The notes under the pieces were generated by a model, which was not told where the DNA came from, searched no databases, and saw only the letters and a program-made list of their open reading frames with translations. Made by a program: the position numbers and the translations under genes. Positions 53,801 through 64,000 of a stretch of 64,000 nt of DNA are shown here, one piece after another (position 1 is the first letter of the stretch; every line of letters begins with the position of its first letter). The DNA is taken from positions 62,001-126,000 of the forward strand of contig NIVC01002064.1 in assembly GCA_002269645.1 (NCBI GenBank). Direction: 5' to 3'. Origin of the DNA: Macrostomum lignano (Eukaryota).

Positions 53801-54559
53801 AGAAATAAATCCTCAATAGGAGCGAATACAGAGATTGAAATAGGGGGGAAATACATGAAATAGGATAGGATAGGTGCCATAAGACCGCTCAGACCAATAA
53901 TACATGATACGCAACAGAGTAATACATAATACGATATTAGAACTAGAAGTACATCAAGTGCTACTCAGATCTGTCACAACTTTGGTGGCAGCAAGTGGAA
54001 TATTTTAAGAGACAGAGAAAGACCCTAATTACAAAAAACTTTGTGGCCACCTAGTAGCGGGATAGCAACAGACCCACTGCGCCAACTCGACCTCGTCAAC
54101 TTTTGGTGACAACGGCGGGATAATAAAAGATTAAAATATCACAAACAGAGAAAGAGCCCTATATCATAGATGCATGCACGCACTCGTGCACTCACCAAAA
54201 GCGTCGTAAGAAAAGAGTTTTTGCTGATGTTCAGGAATGCCACTAGCGCCGCCTCCGCCGTCGCAGACTCCATTCCAGCCTTCGGCAGCGGGCGACACCG
54301 GAGCCCGATGGTTTTGCTCAGCAGAGTCGCTCATGCAGCCCGAGTCAAAGTCAATCAGAGGCTTCACTGTGCTCCAGCTCCAGCCTAGCTGGCCCGAGCT
54401 GCCAAATGCCTCGCTTTTGTGTCCGGCCTTATCTGGAGACGAGTTCGACGAGATTGATAACGAGGACAACAATGGCTCAGCAGACAGCTGGGCTGGTTTC
54501 AACAGCTTCCAGCTGCTGTGATCAGTAAGCCAGGTGCTGCTTTCAAGAAGGTGTTGCAT
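50851..54559 (-). CDS. nanos: Nanos homologue (tandem CCHC zinc-finger translational repressor), 3 exons, about 330 aa
   Basis: Exons 54559-54196, 51719-51212 and 50971-50851 join in phase (993 nt) with GTGAG donors. C-terminal CAFCRQNQEPFHVYTSHRLADINGNVTCPVLFR|YVCPICGVSGSKAHTIKYCP is the nanos double CCHC finger. Exon 1 is supported by phase, donor and an upstream TATA box rather than by homology. Confidence 0.9.
51782..54121 (+). mobile_element. Probable LTR-retrotransposon 5' remnant (LTR plus tRNA-Leu-type PBS), antisense to nanos
   Basis: It begins TGTAGC at 51782, contains AATAAA at about 53735 and 53803, and ends ..GTCACA at 53978. TGGTGGCAGCAAGTGGAAT (53983-54001) and TGGTGACAACGGCGGGAT (54104-54121) follow, both resembling TGGTGGCAGCGGTGGGAT (complement of a tRNA-Leu 3' end). 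No gag/pol follows. Confidence 0.5.
51786..53652. repeat. 31-bp minisatellite (AGCTCCCTGGGATTCCTCAGTGGGTCAATAT)n in nanos intron 1
   Basis: About 60 copies with +2/-2 nt variants. Confidence 0.97.
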
Positions 54560-54644
54560 TGTGGCTTCTTGATTCAAGATTGTGTATTATGAATATGAAG
54601 TAACTTAGTTGACTTTCTAGCTTCTTTCCTAGACTCTGGGCTCG

Positions 54645-54763
54645 TATTTATACTGGCGTCGGTTCCCTGGCCTAAAAGGGGGCTATTAAAATTGTCTCAG
54701 CCAATTAAATTCAGTCTAAGGATTGGTGGGGTGGTGCAATTGAAAAATTGGGCTCAGCCAATC
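54645..54763 (-). promoter_or_regulatory. Candidate nanos core promoter: TATA box plus CCAAT boxes
   Basis: TATAAATA on minus at 54652-54645, about 85 nt upstream of the ATG. CCAAT/ATTGG at 54701, 54722 and 54759. Confidence 0.6.
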
Positions 54764-55524
54764 AGAACCGGTGTAGAGAAACGGGGTGCTGTCTAGCTAG
54801 CAATTTGAGGTGGTTGTCGCCGGGCTTGCTTCGGCGGTTCCCTCTCCGCGGGGGTTCGTCTGGGCGTCGGGTGTTAGTTTGTAGCGCAGGAAACAAGCTT
54901 TAGATAGATAACCATTAATTTGTATTAAAATCGTAAAACGAGAGCCAGTGCCTATCAGTTATGTTATCTCTAAACGAATAAGTTACTCGTATTGCAATTC
55001 AATAAGTAAGGGAGCTTTGGGGATGGCAGCAAGCAACCAATGTTGGCATAGTAATTGCGTCTGTCTGATAATAAACTACGACCGTAATCGCGTTGCCAGC
55101 AGCAGCACCGAGTGAAGCAATAAAACTTATTTGAACCATTAGATACAAGCTTATTTAACTATTTTATGTAAAACTTTTTTAAACTCACAAAGTTTGTAAG
55201 GTATGAGAAAATGATAATTGATAATATGCGGTACCTTTTTTAAAGCTTTTTTTAGAATGAAGCGGATTTGGGAAAGAAAAGTGACGTGATTAGAAGGGGA
55301 GAGTGAAAGTGGAGTTGAGAGAGAAACAAGAGAATTTCGGGTATGAGATGAGAGTAAAAGAGAAGGGCGAAGAAGTTAATACACAAGCCAAAATAATCGA
55401 TCTTATCACCATTATTTCTAAACCTCTGCTAATTGCATTCCTTCCTGCCGGCAAAGAGCCCGAGGGTAGCTTAATTTAGCAATTCTACACTGCTGATATT
55501 TGATTTATGGCTAAATAAGGGGAG

Positions 55525-55740
55525 CACGAAAATTTCCCGCAGGAATTTTTCCCGCCGAGCTATCCCCGCACGAGATTCTCCCGCAGCGAGTTTTTACCAC
55601 AGCGAGAGTTTCCCGCAGGAAATTTTCCCGTCGAGATTTTCCTGCCGAGATTTTACCACCGAGATTTTCCCACACGAATTTTCCCCGCACAGACTTTTTC
55701 CAGCAGAAAGATTTTCCCGCAAGAAATTTCTCTTGATTGC
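55525..55740. repeat. Degenerate short-unit array (GAGATTTTCCCGC-like), typical of the subterminal repeats of a non-autonomous DNA element
   Basis: Repeated TTTCCCGC(A/C)G motifs. No matching opposite end was found. Confidence 0.5.
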
Positions 55741-55814
55741 CTGTTTACCTTAAGAAAGAACTTATAAAAAGGAAAGCTATTAGCAGAGACGCGATTTTCT
55801 TTGATAAATTCGAC

Positions 55815-56600
<786 letters not shown>

Positions 56601-56963
56601 ACAGAAGAGGTGCCATCATGGCAATCAAAAGGCAAAAATAACTAAGCCATGCACCGCAAGAAATGCCTGGATCATTTCAGTCGGAAATATCCAGACAAAG
56701 TACTTTACTTTTCAACAAAGTAAATTTAGCTGCATTTCTTGGGTGTATAATTAAGAGAAATTCAGTCCAAATGGCTGTTTATTTTAGTGGAGTTTCAGGT
56801 TTCGCTATTAAAAGTACCATTTATTGGCGAAACCACCATAGAGATGTTAATAATGAATGTTTAAATAGGTATCTTTTTGACACAATACACGCTTGGAAAA
56901 GATTCGTACACGTGTTTCGAGTTAATCAGATAGAAAAGAACTGTCGGGCTCAAGTAAGATTAC

Positions 56964-57109
56964 TTCCGCCGTTTCTTTGACTTCGAAGCAGCCTCATCAT
57001 CCCAATTGGTGTTCTCCAACGTTCTCCGGATCCGGCAGGTCGTTGATCCCGTCAGCCTCCGACTCGGTCAGGTAGTTGTCGGACTCGTCGTCATCCATCA
57101 TCTCGGAGG
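56964..57109 (-). other. Orphan exon-like segment (acidic, NLS-like end), possibly frameshifted
   Basis: TCTCAG|CC TCC GAG ATG ATG GAT GAC GAC GAG... (SEMMDDDESDNYLTESEADGINDLPDPEN) has codon-like GC bias and a GTAAT donor at 56963. No partner exons were identified. Confidence 0.3.
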
Positions 57110-57480
57110 CTGAGATTTGAACCGCAGCAAAGCAGGAAGGTCAGGAAGAACTGTCACTTCATGTTTTTGGCTGTCCTCTCGTTAACTCGTGAGACGTGTC
57201 TGTCTATACAGCTGAGGCTATACAGTGAGGCTCCTGAGGCTGCACAGCTTTATATATACTTTTTCATTCGCAGTCTGAAAACGTGCCATGAGCAATATAG
57301 AGTCTTGTTTTGCCACGAGAATCACGAACACGTGAGCCTGGGACACTGGAGAGGTTACCCACCTACTTTGCTTTATTGCTAATGTTCAATAGGCTCGAGA
57401 AAAATAGGTTACGAGATATTATGTCTGCTGCATGCATGCTGTGCGAGGCCTGCTTCACGTTTTTCAGCTGGCCCGAGTCC

Positions 57481-58190
57481 CAGTAGCGGATCCAGAAAAT
57501 TTTGAACGGGGGGCGCAGATAGGGATTGCAAAATGAGCAATCATCATTTGTGATTGGCCCGGGATTTGGCCAATCCCGGGATCAGAATAATACAGATTTT
57601 TATGCTTCTAGGTTGAAATTTTAAGGCAAAATATGCGCTAAACGCTTTTTTGCTTACTTTTTTGATTGTTATAGAGATAATGATCTATTTGTAGATGATA
57701 AACAGCATTATCTTGTGACCTATTGAAGTAAGTAGTATAAATGTACTAATTAGTAGTAAAGAAGCAAATCATATCAAAATTTAAATTGGAATTAATTTCA
57801 CATTTAAATCTGTGACGCGGGGTTTAAAAAGGAGCAACACGACGTGAGGCAATAACGGAAATTAGCGCAGTATAATAAACTAGTTGTGGGCCTAATTATG
57901 TTTATATTACAGCACTTTTTGTAAAAATATTAACAAACATTAGTCCCGGGATTTGGGGTCCCGAATCCCGGGACTGGAAATCCCGGGATTTAGGCCCAAT
58001 CCCGGGATTTCGGGATCCCGGGATCCCGGGATTGCAATCCCTAGGCGCAGACTACTAAGGTACATGTATATTCATATCATGTACAAGTATATGTACATGG
58101 TAATGTGTATTTTCCATATAAAAAATACAAAAAATAAAACTCAACGGGGGGGCGCGCGCCCTGTGCGCCCCCCCTCTAAATCCGCGACTG
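57481..58190. mobile_element. MITE (outer) with CAGT(A/C)GCGGAT termini
   Basis: Left CAGTAGCGGATCCAG, right CTAAATCCGCGACTG. Homologous to 45022-45692. The TSD is unclear. Confidence 0.7.
57520..58043. mobile_element. Nested hAT MITE with CCCGGGAT subterminal repeats
   Basis: TIR TAGGGATTGCAA / TTGCAATCCCTA. Perfect 8-bp TSD GGCGCAGA at 57512-57519 and 58044-58051. Confidence 0.88.
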
Positions 58191-59217
58191 GGCCCGACTG
58201 GCACACAGATACAAAAGAAACAATTAATTTGCTATTAAAGGTGTGTCTCCATCTCCAACTTGGTTGATTAAGTGCATTCCCGCAACAACAGTGTCATTTG
58301 TTTTTGCAGTTGAAGCCTCTAAAAAGCCCAACCACATGCAGCAGCCAGCAAGTAAGAGACTTAGACTTAAGCTGCTGGAACTTAACTAAGCATACACACT
58401 GTGCACTGCAGAAACCCAGAGCCAAGCAGGCAGAATGCAGACATCAGGATCTGCATTTGCATTGAATCAGTGCTGGTCGGGGTCCCAAATCCCGTAGATT
58501 CCTCAATCAGCGGGATCCCAGACCGAACGAGTCCCAAGATTGCATGGGATAACAAAAAGACGCAAAAATACAAGCAGTCAAGCTGTAAAAGTACGCATCG
58601 GCCTAATTGATTTTCTTCTGACGAGCAATTCAAAGAACTTCCTCTATATCACTGTCTTGGACCGATAAACAGAACAATGGGAATAGGAACTATACGCTCG
58701 AAGAGTGTAGAAAAATGCCTGTAACACTGCACATGCTGTGCAAAAGCGAAACATGCTATCACATAAAGAGCACGTGAGGCATTCAAAACATGCTGGAAGC
58801 CTGAAACCTATGCAGAGAGAGGTTACCGCATGTACTGTACGGGGATGATGGTAGAATTCAAAATTCATACCATAAAGAGTATAACAAACGCTTTGCATCT
58901 AAATTTTATTCAGCATCATTTCATTTAGTGCTACCATCTACCATTCAGTCCTTGGTAGATGCACTTTGTCAGAATCCGTTAAAGATGTACGTTTGATTTT
59001 TAATTAGGAATTGATTTGAAAGGATTGCAAAACTTTTGAATTCAAGCAAGTCTCTCCTGCTTCCGCAAGAGTCGTCCTATCCATTTCTTTGTAGTACATG
59101 CGATCTAAGTGAATACAGTTAATTTTGCTAAACCACTAAATTTTCCAACATGGAAGATATACAATGCCAGTTCAATTGAATTTTTGGCAGGTTTTTTTTC
59201 GCCAAGCAGCCCTAAAA

Positions 59218-59330
59218 TAGGGAATACAGAATCCCGAGTTTTGCCAATCCCGGGATTCTCGGGATCGGGTTATCCCGGACTTTGCTAATCCGCGGGATCC
59301 CGACGAATTGGGCTTGGATCCCGAGATTGA
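59218..59330. mobile_element. Partial relative of the 57520-58043 hAT MITE (one end only)
   Basis: TAGGGAATACAGAATCCCGAG..ATCCCGGGATT..GGGATCCCG resembles the reverse complement of that element's right end. Confidence 0.5.
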
Positions 59331-59454
59331 AAAGGTTTCTATTTTCTGTTGGTGCAATTTGTTTTACAAAGCCATCTAATATGATTTTAAAGGGCTTTCA
59401 ATGATAAAAGTACAACAGAATAAAAGATTTTGCAAGTAAGAAACAGACAGTGAG

Positions 59455-59826
59455 CTCTGATCATCTAGTAGCACCCCAGATCATCTAGTGCCACCCCATA
59501 TCATCTAGTGCCATCCCAGATCATCTAGTGCCACCCCATATCATCTAGTGCCATCCCAGATCATCTAGTGTCACCCCAGATCATCTAGTGTCACCCCAGA
59601 TCATCTAGTGTCACCCCAGATCATCTAGTGTCACCCCAGATCATCTAGTGCCATCCCAGATCATCTATTGCCACCCCAAATCATCTAGTGCCACCCCAAA
59701 TCATCTAGTGCCACCCCAGATCATCTAGTGCCACCCCAGATCATCTAGTGCCACCCCAAATCATCTAGTGCCACCCCAGATCATCTATTGCCACCCCAGA
59801 TCATCTAGTGCCACCCCAGATCATCT
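59455..59826. repeat. 20-bp minisatellite (GATCATCTAGTGCCACCCCA)n
   Basis: Tandem copies. Confidence 0.95.
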
Positions 59827-60494
59827 TGTGCTTTCTTACTGAAGCAAGTTCGCAATTCATACTCATTTAGCCATCTAATATCTTATCATAGCCTTTATTT
59901 TGCACCATGCGAGACACAAGGCCTCATCAAGCTAAACTCAGATACGAGTAAGGACAGGTTTGCTTGAGTGATGCAGGCACTGCAGTGGCCCTGCTGTGAA
60001 GTGCGCACACTCAGACAGGCACTGAGACACTGAGAATGCCCCCCACGGTGAACTGCACGATCTGCCCAAAGTATAGTATGGCTGCCCATTTTACAATCTC
60101 TTATCATCCATCAATTTCAGCAATAAAATATAGCTATTTACGCATACCTGTACAGAGCGCTGAGAGCGGGACCCAGTAGGGTCATAAAAAATAAACTCTG
60201 GCTAGAGTTTGGGGTATATAGGTTAGTAAAGCTCAGGGAGTCCATATATTTGTGGATTTGGATTGTGCATTTCCGATAATACTTAGGAATTTCAATCTTG
60301 TTTTCTATTCATTATCACAGCCCTAATTTGCCAACCTATAAAACTTTTAAAAAAATTGCGTTCTCTGAAAGAATTACCAACGGAAAGCTAAATCTGACGA
60401 TTTTCACACACGACTGCTTCATCACACAATTGAAGCTAAGGTGAGATTGTATTCCGTTCAATAGGATCGTTTGCTTATTACAATTACCGGCTTT

Positions 60495-61110
60495 ATACCC
60501 GCTCCTGATCATTCAGTGGGGCTCTGATACCCGCTCCTGATCATTCAGTAGGGCTCTGATACCCGCTCCAGATCATTCAGTGGGGCTCTGCTACCCGCTC
60601 CTGATCATTCAGTGGGGCTCTGCTACCCGCTCCTGATCATTCAGTAGGGCTCTGATACCCGCTCCAGATCATTCAGTGGGGCTCTGCTACCCGCTCCAGA
60701 TCATTCAGTGGGGCTCTGCTACCCGCTCCAGATCATTCAGTGGGGCTCTGCTACCCGCTCCAGATCATTCAGTGCATGGGACTCTGCTCAAGGACTCCTG
60801 TATATAACTATATACTAGCAATATACAGTGGTCCTTGGCTCTGCTACCCCTTCCTGATCATTCAGTGGGGCTCTGCTACCCGCTCCAGATCATTCAGTGG
60901 GGCTCTGCTACCCACTCCAGATCATTCAGTGGGGCTCTGCTACCCACTCCAAATCATTCAGTGGGGCTCTGCTACCCACTCCAAATCATTCAGTGGGGCT
61001 CTGCTACCCACTCCAAATCATTCAGTGGGGCTCTGCTACCCGCTCCAGATCATTCAGTGGGGCTCTGCTACCCACTCCAGATCATTCAGTGGGGCTCTGC
61101 TACCCGCACC
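60495..61110. repeat. 32-bp minisatellite (CTACCCGCTCCAGATCATTCAGTGGGGCTCTG)n, split by a ~60-bp spacer near 60775-60835
   Basis: Tandem copies in two blocks. Confidence 0.93.
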
Positions 61111-62052
61111 AAATAAATTTGGATATCCAAATTTGCAAAAGGTTGAATAGCTGAATTTAATGGATTTAATGGCTAATATGATTTGCGAACAGATGCCAAT
61201 GGATTTCATGCGCCAAACCTGATCTTGTGATATTTCGAATTGTGCAGGAGTATAATTTAGCTGACAGTCCTTAGTTTCCAGATGAATGCATTTACTTTAT
61301 GTACTTTACTCTGTTCTGTTCCATATAGTAGAGTTTCTAAAATTCTTTCAAGCTGCTTTATAATCGATTGGATAGAGGCGCGAACCTAGGACGTCAGCGA
61401 GGCGTAAAAATTGCCCATACTGGCTGATAGAGACAGGCAATTTCACGCCAGGAAACAAGCAATCGATATTGACATTCACATGTAATTCTAAGGAAGCAGA
61501 AAGACGCGAAAAGTTTCGAATTTAAAGAATCCAGTTGAAAATTTCTTCTTTCCTAGCTTGGCTTGACTTGATAAATCATTTAGTCCGCTACAACACTCAC
61601 CCACTATATGTAAGCATGCTAATCCTTAATCCACTCTGGATGGAAGCCCAATTCCCGGGCCTCATCTTTGAGCCTGTCTAGGCGAATTAGTTTGCGAGGA
61701 TTAGCGGCCGGCATATGCTCGGATTATATATAGAGCTTGTATTGCCAACTGCGTCTTCTATGTAGTAGGCGCTTTCCACTGGGGCTACTGATGCCATTGG
61801 CTATCAATTAGTGCAATGCTTAGTGGGTATTGCATAACTGGCTACATGGATGGCAGACAGGCTGCCAGCTAAAGTTCACTAAGTAACGGCAACTGCTTGG
61901 CAGACGGAACGGTACAGACCACAGAATTTCTGCACAGACTGCAGCACTCTGGAATGCAGTTAACTACTTTTGCGCTTTCCAGGTCGAAGAAGAACTGCGT
62001 AATTTTGCACTCTGTAAGGTTTGTCTTGAGACTAAGGACCACAAAACTGCAG

Positions 62053-62697
<645 letters not shown>

Positions 62698-62976
62698 TGA
62701 CATGTACTTTTACGACTAGTCCGAGCTACGCTCGCATTTCGGCGAAAAAGCTCAGGCAGAGGCAGGCAGCATGGCCCTCCCCTCGCCCGAGGAGCTGTCC
62801 GTCCGCGCTTTGAACTGAAACGCATAGCCACGAAAGTCTGAGATAATTGCGGCCTGTCGGGTTTTAGGGTTCGATCAATGAAATACGAACTGTGACACCA
62901 TTCTCAAATCTGAGAGTGATCGGTGGAGTACACTTCTGGCTGGCCCTCTTTGGCTATCAAAAAGGAGTTGTATCTA

Positions 62977-63870
62977 CTGACACCCCGCTTGTCTTCTTGG
63001 GTTATCAGGGAGGCGGTTGTGGCTCCTGACACCCCGCTTGTCCTCTTGGGTTATCAGGGAGGCGGTTGAGGCTCCTGACACCCCGCTTGTCTTCTTGGGT
63101 TATCAGGGAGGCGGTTGAGGCTCCTGACATCCCGCTTGTCTTCTTGGTTTATCAGGGAGGCGGTTGAGGCTCCTGACACCCCGCTTGTCCTCTTGGGTTA
63201 TCAGGGAGGCGGTTGTGGCTCCTGACACCCCGCTTGTCCTCTTGGGTTATCAGGGAGGCGGTTGTGGCTCCTGACACCCCGCTTGTCCTCTTGGGTTATC
63301 AGGGAGGCGGTTGAGGCTCCTGACACCCCGCTTGTCTTCTTGGGTTATCAGGGAGGCGGTTGAGGCTCCTGACATCCCGCTTGTCTTCTTGGTTTATCAG
63401 GGAGGCGGTTGAGGCTCCTGACACCCCGCTTGTCCTCTTGGGTTATCAGGGAGGCGGTTGTGGCTCCTGACACCCCGCTTGTCCTCTTGGGTTATCAGGG
63501 AGGCGGTTGTGGCTCCTGACACCCCGCTTGTCCTCTTGGGTTATCAGGGAGGCGGTTGAGGCTCCTGACACCCCGCTTGTCCTCTTGGGGTATCAGGGAG
63601 GGGTTGTGGCTCCTGACACCCCGCTTGTCCTCTTGAGTTATCAGGGAGGGGTTGTGGCTCCTGACACCCCGCTTGTCCTCTTGGGTTATCAGGGAGGCGG
63701 TTGAGGCTCCTGACACCCCGCTTCTTGTCCTCTTGGGGTATCAGGGAGGGGTTGTGGCTACTGACAGTTCGCTTCTTGTCCTCTTGGGTTATCAGGAAGG
63801 GGTTGTGGCTACTGACAGTCCGCTTCTTGTCCTCTTGGGTTATCAGGGAGAGGTTGTGGCTACTACTGAC
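62977..63870. repeat. 49-bp minisatellite (CTGACACCCCGCTTGTCCTCTTGGGTTATCAGGGAGGCGGTTGTGGCTC)n
   Basis: About 18 copies, degenerating rightwards. Confidence 0.95.
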
Positions 63871-64000
63871 ATGTAGGCTGCGTATCTGCGTTATATACTT
63901 AATTTATATAAAAAAATCCGAAGATGCGAAGGAAAACAGCAAACAAAGCAGGCTCAGTTCAAGCGCGAGTAGCACTGATGAACAGCATGATGTGGTGAGC

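Overview
Eukaryotic (animal) genomic DNA that is very rich in repeats. The overall style (GC-rich exons, polyQ tails, introns filled with minisatellites) resembles a free-living flatworm such as Macrostomum; that is inference, not a database result. I assembled five protein-coding genes by hand from GT..AG exons in consistent phase. (1) A CDKL2/3-like kinase (minus, 10 exons, 9544-2850). (2) The mitochondrial carrier SLC25A16/Graves-disease carrier (plus, 6 exons, 13774-21576). (3) An intronless P2X-family channel (minus, 32652-30763). It keeps all ten ectodomain Cys and both TM helices but lacks the NFR motif and the second conserved Lys of the ATP site. (4) RPL26 (minus, 2 coding exons, 37266-35364). 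(5) A nanos homologue (minus, 3 exons, 54559-50851). The rest is about 20 micro/minisatellite arrays, several sharing seed motifs, two tRNA-derived SINE families (one with a CORE-like domain), and many non-autonomous DNA elements. These include nested hAT MITEs and a 34-bp perfect palindrome with a perfect 8-bp TSD. A probable LTR/PBS remnant in the nanos intron has a 5' part expanded into a 1.9-kb minisatellite. I saw no CRISPR array, rRNA or intact tRNA gene. Most long ORFs in the supplied track are artefacts of tandem repeats.
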